From Patescibacteria group bacterium (lineage in GTDB: Bacteria > Patescibacteriota > Patescibacteriia > JAXHNJ01), in contig JBAZMP010000001.1 in assembly GCA_041649715.1 (NCBI GenBank), positions 515,153-579,152 of the forward strand: a DNA stretch of 64,000 nt, given 5' to 3'. The notes beneath the pieces are model-generated. The model was given only the letters and a program-made list of their open reading frames with translations. It searched no databases and was not told where the DNA came from. The position numbers and the translations under genes were made by a program. Below, piece after piece: positions 38,123 through 47,913 of the stretch (position 1 is the first letter of the stretch; each line of letters starts with the position of its first letter).

Positions 38123-39709
38123 TTAAAAAACCTTCAAGCCGTACTCAATTAGATTCTTCGCGTCTGAGGCCCGTGTATAGACGGTCGGACTGTTTAAAAT
38201 CACGGCCACAAATTCCCGGCCATCGCCCGTCCTGGCTTTGGCCACGAGACAATAACCGGATTCGTTGATATAGCCGGTTTTGGCCGCGACCATCGGAACA
38301 TTAGCCAAAGTATTGGTATATAGATAGACGGGGTTATGGATCGTTCTGTTTTCGCTTTTGTTAATAATGGTATAAGTGTAATCTCCCCGGATAGAAGCGT
38401 ACCTAACTCCGGGTCTTTTCATGATATAATTGGTCAGTAAAGCGATATCGGTCGTCGTGGAAATATTTCCCACTGTTATGCCGGAAGGGTCGACAAAATG
38501 CGTGCTCATCATATCCAAAATTACGGCTTTTTTATTCATCTTTTTCACGAATTCATCACGAGTCAGGCCGGTAGAACGGGCCAGGGCGTAAGCCGCGTTA
38601 TTGGCCGACCCGGTGATCATAGCGTTAAACAAATCTCTCACCGTAATCTGGTCGCCGGGGGCAACCGCAATCGTCACTCCGGCCTCGGGCCGCGGCCAAT
38701 CAGATTCATCAATGGTCACCACTTTTTCAAAATCAGGATTTGTCTCCAAAAAAACCAAAGCGGTCATCAATTTAGTGATGGAAGCCACGTTTTGCTTGAC
38801 GTATGAATTCTTCTCATAAATAACTTTTTTATTTTCCGCGTCGTAAATCATGGCAACCGGTGCGTTCACTAACGGCGCGGCTAGACCTTGAACCTGCGGG
38901 TTTAAAGCAACGGGTGCAGCCGAGTTTACGGAAGCGGCGACGTCAGCGGCCTCAACATGGACCTTGGCGGTACCTTCCCAGGTTTCAGCGATCGCCTTGA
39001 AAGCGGTCGAAGAAAGATCAATTATGCGATTAGCCACAAAAGGACCAGTGGACTTCACCTGACAGATAACTGTCTTTTTATTGTCTAAGTTAGTCACGCG
39101 CAATCTTGTATCCAGGGGATAATCATTGGAAGCGCAACCTGAAGGATAGCGGTAAGAACGGTACCAAGAAGCATATCCCTCGTATGAATCATCGCTTTCA
39201 AAAACGGCGACTTTTGAATACGGCAGATGGGCGTAGGCCCGGACGGATTTATCGACAACATTTGTTTCGGAAAAGAGCGGCCGCCACTTAATGTTTATGC
39301 TGTCGTAAAAATATATCTTCTTGGTCTTTAAGTTATCTGAACGGTATTTCATAACAATAACCAGATCTTTGGCGAAAATCTTGATTGGATCGGTCCTGAT
39401 GTCATACTCCAAAATATCACTGACCAAATTTAGATCTTGGGGCATCGTTAACCCCTCCTGGGTCATGCTTTTCAGGCTGACGTCAGCCGGAATATCCAAG
39501 ACATAGGGGTTGATCGCTAGTTTCATCAAACCATCGGGTTTAATTATTGTGTAACCCCTGGGTATCACTTCGGCGCTTAAATGCAGGGTTATATCGGAAT
39601 CCCTTAAGTTGACTGACAAAGCAGGATAACCGCTAAAGGCGTTGACTATAACAAAAACACCAACAAATATAGGTATAATAAGCTTTAGTTTGACTTGAAA
39701 ACTCGCCAT
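38123..39709 (-). CDS. Fusion protein: RlpA-like double-psi beta-barrel domain plus serine-type D-Ala-D-Ala carboxypeptidase (PBP5/DacA family)
   Basis: GYASWYRSYR...TASGE-like DPBB segment; SITKLM (SxxK), SGS, KTG. Confidence 0.7.
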   Translation of the reverse strand: MASFQVKLKLIIPIFVGVFVIVNAFSGYPALSVNLRDSDITLHLSAEVIPRGYTIIKPDGLMKLAINPYVLDIPADVSLKSMTQEGLTMPQDLNLVSDILEYDIRTDPIKIFAKDLVIVMKYRSDNLKTKKIYFYDSINIKWRPLFSETNVVDKSVRAYAHLPYSKVAVFESDDSYEGYASWYRSYRYPSGCASNDYPLDTRLRVTNLDNKKTVICQVKSTGPFVANRIIDLSSTAFKAIAETWEGTAKVHVEAADVAASVNSAAPVALNPQVQGLAAPLVNAPVAMIYDAENKKVIYEKNSYVKQNVASITKLMTALVFLETNPDFEKVVTIDESDWPRPEAGVTIAVAPGDQITVRDLFNAMITGSANNAAYALARSTGLTRDEFVKKMNKKAVILDMMSTHFVDPSGITVGNISTTTDIALLTNYIMKRPGVRYASIRGDYTYTIINKSENRTIHNPVYLYTNTLANVPMVAAKTGYINESGYCLVAKARTGDGREFVAVILNSPTVYTRASDAKNLIEYGLKVF

Positions 39710-39724
39710 TTTTTGTTTATAATT

Positions 39725-39798
39725 TTGTTATCCGCGGGTATAGTCTAGTGGTAAGACACATCCTTCCCAAGGATGAGTGACGGGTTCGATTCCCGTTA
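39725..39798 (+). tRNA. tRNA-Gly (anticodon CCC), CCA encoded
   Basis: Acceptor GCGGGTA/TACCCGC; anticodon loop TTCCCAA; GGTTCGATTCC; discriminator U. Confidence 0.75.
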
Positions 39799-39832
39799 CC
39801 CGCTCCAAATTTGCGAGGTTAGCTCTCCCGGA

Positions 39833-39852
39833 GGCGGGCGGCCCGCTTTTTA
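39833..39852. terminator. Hairpin terminator after tRNA-Gly
   Basis: gcgggcggcccgc plus ttttt. Confidence 0.6.
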
Positions 39853-39904
39853 AAAAAGCCTTAGTTTTAAGGTTTTTTTATTATAACACAAAATTCGTTA
39901 TTTG

Positions 39905-40588
39905 TTAAATCAGCGCGGCCCTCTCCCGGATAAAACGGTGGATTTTAAAGAAAATTTCTTCCTGGCCGGGAAAATTTGAAATGATAATGTGCTGATCAGT
40001 ATTGATATATTCAATCTTTTTATCAGGACTCTTGATTTTTCGGTATAGATAATCCGCGCTCCAGGAGTTAATATCAGTATCATTCGTGGATTGAAAAATA
40101 TAGACAGGAAGGTTTATCTCGGGCAAGATTTCCTTTGTTTCCTGAACCAGTTTATAGAACTGCCAGGCGCTATCCAAAGGAATGCGGGTATAAGACCCCT
40201 TACTCCCATTCTCAAAATAATCCCTAATATCCTGTGTCCTTTTTTTTGTCGTGAACTTTTTAAAATTTTTTATTAAAGGGATAAACCAGAATATCAGACG
40301 GCCGGGTTTGGTATAGATCGGAGTGTTTATTAAAATCAAACCATCGACTCCTCGTTCAATTTTCGTGAAAAGAAGAGCTAAATTACCGCCCATGGAAAAA
40401 CCGACAATAAATATTTTTTTTACTTTTTGCCTTAACTCATCCGCCGCCATTTTAAACGAATAGTACCAGTCAAAACGGTTAATTTTTTCGGGAACTTCGT
40501 GATAAACTTCATGACCAGACAATCTTACTCCCGCGACGGTGAAACCTTTATCGGCCAAATATTCCCCGAGCGGCCGTAAATCTTTAGG
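39905..40588 (-). CDS. Alpha/beta hydrolase (esterase/lipase). The conserved N-terminal HGF motif lies upstream of the first in-frame Met, so it is either a non-canonical start or a frameshifted pseudogene.
   Basis: GFSMGG nucleophile elbow; HGFAGSPKDLRPLGEYLADKGF translates upstream of the called ATG, with an in-frame TGA 7 codons before HGF and no ATG/GTG/TTG start. Confidence 0.6.
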   Translation of the reverse strand, partial: PKDLRPLGEYLADKGFTVAGVRLSGHEVYHEVPEKINRFDWYYSFKMAADELRQKVKKIFIVGFSMGGNLALLFTKIERGVDGLILINTPIYTKPGRLIFWFIPLIKNFKKFTTKKRTQDIRDYFENGSKGSYTRIPLDSAWQFYKLVQETKEILPEINLPVYIFQSTNDTDINSWSADYLYRKIKSPDKKIEYINTDQHIIISNFPGQEEIFFKIHRFIRERAALI

Positions 40589-40745
40589 GCTGCCGGCAAA
40601 ACCATGGACTAAATTACCCCCAATTCACTACCTTTGTAAAAAAACGGCTTGGTATTTTCAAGAATATTTTCTTCCTCTTTCATGTTATTTTGATCAGCGT
40701 ATATTCTTTATATGGGGAATTTATTACGTTTTTGGATATTTAATA

Positions 40746-40818
40746 AGCCACCGGTCGGATTCGAACCGACGACCTTTGCTTTACGAAAGCACTGCTCTAC
40801 CAGCTGAGCTACGGTGGC
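40746..40818 (-). tRNA. tRNA-Thr (anticodon CGU)
   Basis: Acceptor GCCACCG/CGGTGGC; anticodon loop TTCGTAA; GGTTCGAATCC. Confidence 0.75.
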
Positions 40819-40904
40819 GTGAGTTAATACTAGATTATTTTCAAGATCTTGGCAATCGGGTCAAATAAAAAAATCACGCCGTCTGGCGCAAGACGATAAT
40901 AAGC

Positions 40905-41918
40905 TTATTGCTGATTGGCCGCCGTAGAAATCGCCTCACCGGTCGTTTTATCCCATTTCAGGCCTTTCTTAAAAACATAGACCCTGGCCTTCGCTAATTG
41001 AGCGGTGATATATTCGTCTATATCCTGGGTCATGATCAAGATATGGCTGACTTCCCGGGTCTGAGATTCGCCTTCACCCGTTATATTCAAAACTTTGATA
41101 ATGTGAAAACCGTAAGTAGTGCGAACGAGATCGCTTATCTCTCCTTTTTCGAGCTTAAAAGCGGCTTCTTCAAATTCTGACACCATCTGCCCGCGCGCTA
41201 TCGTGCCAAGATTACCGCCATTTTCAGCGCTGGTCGTATCCTCACTTGAGGTCTTGGCAATACTGGCAAAATCATCAGGATTGGCTCTTACTTCGGCCAA
41301 CACACTATCGGCCTTTTTTTTCGCTTCGATATTATTAGGCAGATTGTCGTCAAAAGATAACTTTTCGGCCAGTTTACTGCGCAAGAGGTAATAATAAACG
41401 ACGTTATCACGGTATTGCTCCGGTGTCCAATTATAAAGGGTCTTTAGAGTGTTAATGGCCGTTGTTTCGTCATCAGACTGAGCCATGATTTTTTGCAGTT
41501 CCTGATCCGACTCTAATTTTGTCACTTTGACCTTGTATTCTTTGGCAAGCTGACGAGTAATCTCATTTCTGATCATTCTTTTTAAGACCGCCTTCTCCAT
41601 GCTCTCCGCGCTGGGAGTCGCTATCCCCGCGTTCTCACTGACGCCGCCTTCTTGATAATAGTGAGCCAAAGTATCCAAATCAAAATTATAGGAGTTAAAG
41701 GTCAAAAACTTATAATCGACCAGAGCCGCGGGATAAGGAACTATTTTTTCCACTTTTTGCGTCCATTTGTCTTGCCAGCTAAACACATAAATTCCCAGGG
41801 CAAAAACCGCGATAAATATAAAGATTAAAGCAATAACAATGATCACTGCCCAGCCAGCCACTCGGCCGGTCTTTTTTGCTCTTACTTCGTCTTTTTTGTT
41901 CTCAATTTCGTTATTCAT
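40905..41918 (-). CDS. Membrane-anchored parvulin-type peptidyl-prolyl isomerase (PrsA/SurA-like)
   Basis: N-terminal TM; C-terminal PpiC motif GGNLG...MVSEFEEAAF...GFHIIKV. Confidence 0.75.
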   Translation of the reverse strand: MNNEIENKKDEVRAKKTGRVAGWAVIIVIALIFIFIAVFALGIYVFSWQDKWTQKVEKIVPYPAALVDYKFLTFNSYNFDLDTLAHYYQEGGVSENAGIATPSAESMEKAVLKRMIRNEITRQLAKEYKVKVTKLESDQELQKIMAQSDDETTAINTLKTLYNWTPEQYRDNVVYYYLLRSKLAEKLSFDDNLPNNIEAKKKADSVLAEVRANPDDFASIAKTSSEDTTSAENGGNLGTIARGQMVSEFEEAAFKLEKGEISDLVRTTYGFHIIKVLNITGEGESQTREVSHILIMTQDIDEYITAQLAKARVYVFKKGLKWDKTTGEAISTAANQQ

Positions 41919-41930
41919 TTTAGCTTAATG

Positions 41931-42335
41931 TTAATTTTTAAAAAAATATTGCCACCATTTTTGAGGAGAACTGCTCTGAACGTCCGCATTGGAGGCGGTC
42001 GACTCAATCGAATCAGTGCTAGTGTTGACGTTATTATCTTCGGGTAAAATGATGATATTTTCACCCGGCTTTTTCAGGCCTAATTTAAGCCTCGCCTCCC
42101 TCTCTCGATAAGATTCGCTTTTTAAATAATCTATCAGGGCGGTTAAATCCGTGTTTCTTTTTTCAAGGCTACTGATTTCACTATTCAAAGAAGAAACTCT
42201 CTGGGAAATCTCCACCCGGCGGGCAAATTCCTTGCTCAAGGACACTCCAAAAAAAATCAAAACCGCGATCCCCGTTATGATAAATAATTTGGAAGAGATT
42301 ATTTGGGTGAAAAACGAGCTTTTTTTAAGAGGCAT
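41931..42335 (-). CDS. Septum formation initiator (FtsB/DivIC/FtsL-like)
   Basis: Single TM followed by a coiled coil; size 134 aa. Confidence 0.6.
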   Translation of the reverse strand: MPLKKSSFFTQIISSKLFIITGIAVLIFFGVSLSKEFARRVEISQRVSSLNSEISSLEKRNTDLTALIDYLKSESYREREARLKLGLKKPGENIIILPEDNNVNTSTDSIESTASNADVQSSSPQKWWQYFFKN

Positions 42336-42391
42336 GATCGTTTTTGAGATAACTTAACCTATTTTACTACAATTTTGATAATACGTAAAGA

Positions 42392-42991
42392 TTAGGGATG
42401 AAAAAGTTTCTTTATGGCTTCCTCATCGACCTGGGCGTTGATTTTTTGGGCGGCGGTTAATAATTCTTCTTTCGTCAAAACGGTCCCAGCCGGGCGGTAA
42501 TCAGACGTTCTCTGCTGGTCGGTAATCACTTCTTGGACACGGGCGGGATTTTTGATAAAATTAAGCTCCAAGTTGGCGACATTGCCGGCCGTCTGAATTT
42601 GAATGCTGCCAAAATGAAAAATGGTGGCCATTATCCCTTTGATCTTATAGCTTACGTCCTGGATTTTGCTATAGTTGCATTCGGAAACGGTCTTGTTGAA
42701 AAAGCCGTGCTGATCGATATCGATCACCCGCTTGCTGGTGATGACAAAAGTATTTTTTGACCAGATGACCCAGGTTCGAAAAACCAGGAGAGAAACGACC
42801 GACAGGACGACAAAAAATATCAGCACGCCCCACCAGCCTTGGGCAAACAGCAGGGTCAGCAGGAAAAAATCCAAGATAACAAAGACTCCGCCAATCACCA
42901 TGGGGCCGGCCATCGTAATAGGGTGACGGCGCACGACTTGCACCAATATTTCACCTTCTTCTAGGTTTTTGCTATAATTAATAGGGTTCAC
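42392..42991 (-). CDS. Membrane protein with bacterial PH (bPH_2/YdbS-like) domain
   Basis: 2 TM followed by a YdbT-like beta-rich segment. Confidence 0.5.
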   Translation of the reverse strand: MNPINYSKNLEEGEILVQVVRRHPITMAGPMVIGGVFVILDFFLLTLLFAQGWWGVLIFFVVLSVVSLLVFRTWVIWSKNTFVITSKRVIDIDQHGFFNKTVSECNYSKIQDVSYKIKGIMATIFHFGSIQIQTAGNVANLELNFIKNPARVQEVITDQQRTSDYRPAGTVLTKEELLTAAQKINAQVDEEAIKKLFHP

Positions 42992-43114
42992 GGGTTGTTA
43001 AATATATGATTTCCAAAAATCAAAAGAAAAATATGAGCCGTATTTGGCTGGTCATCACCATTATTGGCATATTGGCTATGCTTTTTTTCACGATCATGCC
43101 GGCTTTTTACTAAT

Positions 43115-44899
43115 CTATCTTTTTAAAAGCTTCAAATACACTTGGGCGGGAATTTCCACGCTGCCTCTTTCCAGCATCTTCTTCTTGCCCTTTTTTTGTT
43201 TTTCCAGGAGCTTTCTTTTGCGGGTGACATCACCGCCGTAAAGTTTGGCCGTAACGTCTTTTCTCAAGGCGCGCAAGTGGCTGGCGGCGATTATTTGACC
43301 CCCTAAGGCGGCCTGTATTTTCACCACGAACTGCTGCTTGGGTAAAATCTCTTTTAGAGTGTCGACCACTCGCCTGCCCTCGGCATAAGCCTTGCTCCGA
43401 TAGACCAGACTCGCCAAAGCAGGGACCCTTTCTTCTGCCACTAAAATATCCAGTTTTACGAGATCCACCGGCCGGTAATCCAAGAGCTCATAATTAAGAG
43501 AGGCAAACCCCGAACTGGCACTTTTTAGTTTATCATAGAAATCGACTAAAATGGAAGCGAGCGGCATTTCATAATGCAGGATAAGCCGTGAATTCTCGCT
43601 GAAATCCAAATATTCGGTCGCCTTATACAATCCGCAAAAATCATTGAGAAGAGAAAAGATCTGACCGATATATTCTTTAGAAGTGACTATATCCAATTTT
43701 ACAAAAGGCTCTTCGGCTCTTTTGATAAGGCTCGGATTAGGCCACTCCTCCGCGCTATGAATAGTAGTGGCCTCCTCCCGATTTAAAAGAAAGACCTTGT
43801 AGGCGACACTCGGCACGGTCGTTACGACCGGCAGATTGTATTCTCTGGCCAGTCTTTCCTGGACGATTTCCAAATGAAGCAATCCTAAAAATCCGCCGCG
43901 AAAGCCGAAACCCAGGGCGGGCGAATGCTCCGGGACAAATGTTAAAGCGGCGTCGTTCAATTTCAACTTTTCCAAGGCCTCTCTTAATTTTTCATAGCCT
44001 TCGCCGGTCGAGGAATACAGACTGGCATAAACCATCGGTTTGACCTCCTTATAGCCCGGCAAAGGGGGCGTATCGACCCCTTCCTTCATGACCGTATCGC
44101 CCACTCTCACGAGATTTAATTCCTTTAAACCGGAAGCGAGATAACCGATCTGGCCGACGACCAATCTTTCCCCCTTTTTCAATTCCGGCGAAAAACTTCC
44201 GACCTCCAGCACTTCGGTCACTTTTTGACTGGCAAAGAACTTTACGTGCGTTGAAGCCCTCACTTCTCCGGACATCACGCGGATAAAGGCGACCACCCCC
44301 CGATATTCATCATACTGGGAATCAAAGATCAAAGCTTGAAACGCTCCCTCGCGCTCGCCCTTTGGCGCCGGAACATCTTTTATTATCCGGTCCAGTATCG
44401 GCGCAATATTGTCCCCTCTTTTCGCTGATATCCTTAAGATAGTGTCTGGGGGAACGCCGAGCAGCTGACTTAATTCTTTAGCCGTTCTCTCCACTTCCGC
44501 GTTCGGCAAATCGATTTTATTAACGACGGGAATTATCGTTAAATTGTGCTCAAGCGCCAGGTAGAGATTGCCCAGAGTTTGCGCCTGTATCCCCTGAGTG
44601 GCGTCAACCAACAAGACCGCTCCTTCGACGGCAGCCAGGGAACGGGAAACTTCATAGGTAAAATCCACGTGGCCGGGCGTATCGATCAGATTCAATTCAA
44701 AATCCTTATAATTAAGCTTGACCGGCTGTAATTTTATGGTGATGCCCCTTTCCCTTTCCAGATCCATCTGATCCAGATATTGTTCGCGCATTTTCCTTTC
44801 CGGTATTTGATGGGTGATATCCAAAAAACGGTCGGCCAGGGTGGATTTTCCGTGATCAATATGCGCGATTATGCAGAAGTTGCGAATATTCTCAGACAT
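43115..44899 (-). CDS. lepA: Elongation factor 4 (LepA)
   Basis: NFCIIAHIDHGKSTL; LepA C-terminal domain; real start at MSENIRNF. Confidence 0.9.
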   Translation of the reverse strand: MSENIRNFCIIAHIDHGKSTLADRFLDITHQIPERKMREQYLDQMDLERERGITIKLQPVKLNYKDFELNLIDTPGHVDFTYEVSRSLAAVEGAVLLVDATQGIQAQTLGNLYLALEHNLTIIPVVNKIDLPNAEVERTAKELSQLLGVPPDTILRISAKRGDNIAPILDRIIKDVPAPKGEREGAFQALIFDSQYDEYRGVVAFIRVMSGEVRASTHVKFFASQKVTEVLEVGSFSPELKKGERLVVGQIGYLASGLKELNLVRVGDTVMKEGVDTPPLPGYKEVKPMVYASLYSSTGEGYEKLREALEKLKLNDAALTFVPEHSPALGFGFRGGFLGLLHLEIVQERLAREYNLPVVTTVPSVAYKVFLLNREEATTIHSAEEWPNPSLIKRAEEPFVKLDIVTSKEYIGQIFSLLNDFCGLYKATEYLDFSENSRLILHYEMPLASILVDFYDKLKSASSGFASLNYELLDYRPVDLVKLDILVAEERVPALASLVYRSKAYAEGRRVVDTLKEILPKQQFVVKIQAALGGQIIAASHLRALRKDVTAKLYGGDVTRKRKLLEKQKKGKKKMLERGSVEIPAQVYLKLLKR

Positions 44900-44968
44900 A
44901 TAAATTAAATATATTTGTCCATCCTGAGCCGAGCCGAAGGATGAGCGATAATGCAAAAATTGCGGATA

Positions 44969-46600
44969 TTACTGCTCATGTCCGTTTTCCTCGTTATTTT
45001 CGATCTCTTTTTTCTTCTTGAACAGCCACTGGCGCAAGATGGAAATCTCGTCAAAATGAAAGATAAAAGCGATCGCCAGATAAACCAAGACGCCGACCGC
45101 TCCGGCAACCACGCCTTCCAGCAGAACGCCGACAAAAGTCTGCATATTAAGGCCTAAAACCAGGAATCTCTTGACCAGCCAGATGACGCCGCCCATAAAA
45201 AAAGAGGCTAATAAAATCCTGACCGTCGAATTGATGATTTTTTTGTCATCCAGATCGCCGAATCGGCGGCGCAATACCAAGATAAGAAGCGCCATATTAA
45301 CCAGATTGGAAATAGAAAATGAAAGAGCCAAGCCCAAAATTCCCATATAGCGGCTCAGAATGACAGAACCCAATATATTTATCAGGAGCGAGACAACGCT
45401 TATCTTTACCGGCGTTTTCGTATCCTGGTGGGCGTAAAATGACCGCGCCAGCATCGGAATAAGACTTTGGGCGAAAAGAGAAAGAGAAAAATAACCCAAG
45501 GCTTGAGCGGTCAAATATGTATCCTGCCAGTCAAAAGCGCCGGCCCCCAAGATTACCCGGACGATCTGCGCCCTCAGCAAGATAAACAACACCGAAGCGG
45601 GAATGATTAAGAACAAGACCCGGCGCAGGGTGACAGAAAACTGGACAACAAATTTATCCGTTTCGCGGGCGGCAAAAGCCTCGCTCATCAGGGGAAAAGC
45701 AGCGATGGCCAGGGAAACACCGATAACATTGATCGGGAAACTCTGCAGATTATTCGCCAGGTTAAATACGGCGAGCGAACCGGCCGCTAAAAAAGAAGCG
45801 ATGACCGTGATCACGAGCTGATTTATCTGCCCCACGGCCAGTCCAAAAGTTCGGGGTAAAATCAGGCGGAACATTTTTCTGACGCCGGGATGTTTAAAGT
45901 CAAAAAGCCATTGGTAACGGAAACCGGTTTTCAAAACCGAAGGCACTTGAATGGCTAAATGCAAAAAAGCGCCGACCACAACGCCCCAGGCTAAACCCTC
46001 CACGCCCCACCATTTATAAAAAAGGAGAATTCCGAAAATAATGCCGATGTTGTACATCACCGGCGCGAAGGCAAAGGCCAGAAACTTGCGGAATGAATTC
46101 AGGATACTGCCGAAAATATTGGAGATTCCAAAAATAAAAATGGAAGCCAACATGATCCGCGTCAGATCCACGGTCATGGCCTGTTTGACCGGGGAAAATC
46201 CCGGAGTGATAAGACGCGTAATGGGTGTGGCAAAAATAAAAAAGAACAAACCCAAAACAAGCAATATCAGGCAAATAATGTTTAGAACGGAATTGGCGAT
46301 CCGCCAAGCTTCTTTAGTGCTAAAATTTGCCTCTTTATCCTTTTGCCAGTATTCCAAAAAAACCGGGATAAAAGCGGCCGAAAGTGCCCCTAATACCAAA
46401 ACGTTGAAGATCAAATCCGGCAGGCGGAAAGCCGCGTAATAACTGTCCAAAATGTCCCCCGCCCCAAAGGTAGAGGCGAACAAACGGTCACGTAACAATC
46501 CCAAGAGCCGGGATACAATCGAAGCGAAAGCGATGATAATCGCGCCGCCGGCCACCGTCGTTTGTAATTTATGCCAAATTCTCCTTAACATAATAGCCAA
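44969..46600 (-). CDS. murJ: Lipid II flippase MurJ (MviN)
   Basis: 14 TM, MviN/MOP family profile. Confidence 0.85.
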   Translation of the reverse strand: MAIMLRRIWHKLQTTVAGGAIIIAFASIVSRLLGLLRDRLFASTFGAGDILDSYYAAFRLPDLIFNVLVLGALSAAFIPVFLEYWQKDKEANFSTKEAWRIANSVLNIICLILLVLGLFFFIFATPITRLITPGFSPVKQAMTVDLTRIMLASIFIFGISNIFGSILNSFRKFLAFAFAPVMYNIGIIFGILLFYKWWGVEGLAWGVVVGAFLHLAIQVPSVLKTGFRYQWLFDFKHPGVRKMFRLILPRTFGLAVGQINQLVITVIASFLAAGSLAVFNLANNLQSFPINVIGVSLAIAAFPLMSEAFAARETDKFVVQFSVTLRRVLFLIIPASVLFILLRAQIVRVILGAGAFDWQDTYLTAQALGYFSLSLFAQSLIPMLARSFYAHQDTKTPVKISVVSLLINILGSVILSRYMGILGLALSFSISNLVNMALLILVLRRRFGDLDDKKIINSTVRILLASFFMGGVIWLVKRFLVLGLNMQTFVGVLLEGVVAGAVGVLVYLAIAFIFHFDEISILRQWLFKKKKEIENNEENGHEQ

Positions 46601-47030
46601 ATTTTAGCAGAATTTTGGCTTTTTGACAACTTGCCGTCTTTTTCAAAAATCAGTTTAGGTGGCTTAAAAGAACCATTTTTATGTAAAAACCAATAACCAA
46701 GAAACAAGAGAAAACAATGTCAATATTCAATATTCAATTTTCAAACTGTTAAGCGGCAAAAAGCGTTTGGTTATTGAGATTTGAAATTTAAATATTATTT
46801 GGAATACTTGTATCTTGTCTCTTGTTTCTTAACCAAAAAGCTGCCTATAAGCTTTGTCAATTTGAGAATGACTGTTCAGTAGCTTTGCTCCAGAAACTTT
46901 TGGTCCCTGAAACAAGAGGAGAGAGATTTGCTATTGCCACAGAAATTCTTGATTTTAGGCTTATAGACAGCTTTCTGTCTTCAATATAGAACACTATTGA
47001 AGAATTTGTCAAGAAGGTTTTTTAAAAGAA

Positions 47031-47101
47031 CCTCGTCTTAAGCTTACTAATTAGATAAATAAGCTTGAGAAGAGGGGGAAGACGCAACAAGGGTCTTCCC
47101 C
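47031..47101. repeat. Array element copy (terminal, degenerate): hp1-like ctcgtcttaagctta...taagcttgagaagag plus GC hairpin ggggaagacgcaacaagggtcttcccc
   Basis: Matches the element consensus and lies after the last array gene. Confidence 0.5.
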
Positions 47102-47112
47102 GCGAACAAGAA

Positions 47113-47553
47113 CTATTCATTGGCCGCTTTCAAAAATTCAGCGGCTTTCTGGACCGCACCCAGGGTCACGGTTTCCCACACTTCAACGCCCTTGAAACCG
47201 AGGCGAACCACTTGATAACCAGTTACTTCGCCCGCGTTGATAATCGGAACGTACCCGATCTCACCGCAGAGCTTCACGCGGCCGAGTCGTATTGCTTCCC
47301 GCCAGGGGAAGAATCGATTCTTTGTCCGACCGAGATATCTGTCTAGGATGATGCCGAGGCTGCGACCGCCCCTGTCTTGCAAACTAATCATAAACAAACT
47401 GTACGGCAGACGACCGTTTTCCCGAAAAAAATCCAGCACCGCCAACGAGAGGACGGCTTTATAATTCTGCAGCTCGCCATTGCTGTAGGAATAGACAAGC
47501 AGCACAAGAACGCAGATCACGGCGAGAATAGCGACGACCATCAAAGCGATCAT
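47113..47553 (-). CDS. Array gene: N-terminally TM-anchored hypothetical protein (146 aa)
   Basis: ORF with RBS. Confidence 0.5.
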   Translation of the reverse strand: MIALMVVAILAVICVLVLLVYSYSNGELQNYKAVLSLAVLDFFRENGRLPYSLFMISLQDRGGRSLGIILDRYLGRTKNRFFPWREAIRLGRVKLCGEIGYVPIINAGEVTGYQVVRLGFKGVEVWETVTLGAVQKAAEFLKAANE

Positions 47554-47596
47554 GACATATTACCTCCGAATCAAGTTGTAACGACATAAAGCAGTA

Positions 47597-47785
47597 TTAG
47601 TCGCGAGGCTTCCACTCCCGGTAAAACACGCTGAAGACAATATATGTCAAAAAGCCGGCATAAAAACACAGGATGGCCGCCCAAAGATTGAATCCCTTAA
47701 GCGCCATAAAGGTCTTAACCGCAGAAATTAGGAACAGAAGCAATACCGCAATCGAGAAATACTTTTTACCTGACATTTCAACCAT
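47597..47785 (-). CDS. Array gene: 62-aa two-TM peptide. No element separates it from the next gene, so the two share one cassette.
   Basis: Hydrophobic profile; 44-nt gap to the next gene with a GGAGG RBS. Confidence 0.45.
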   Translation of the reverse strand: MVEMSGKKYFSIAVLLLFLISAVKTFMALKGFNLWAAILCFYAGFLTYIVFSVFYREWKPRD

Positions 47786-47817
47786 CCCCTTTTGATGATG
47801 TTTCTATGTTTTAAAAG

Positions 47818-47897
47818 ATCCGTCTTAAGCCACAAGATTTTCTTATGACTTAGGAGGGACGGGCGCAGAGCAAGAATAAAAACTTGTCCGCGCCCGG
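47818..47897. repeat. Array element copy (degenerate, variant-2 type)
   Basis: tcttaagccacaag...cttatgacttaggag followed by the hairpin gggcgcagagcaag...cttgtccgcgccc. Confidence 0.45.
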
Positions 47898-47913
47898 GAA
47901 AAAAGGGAATGAA

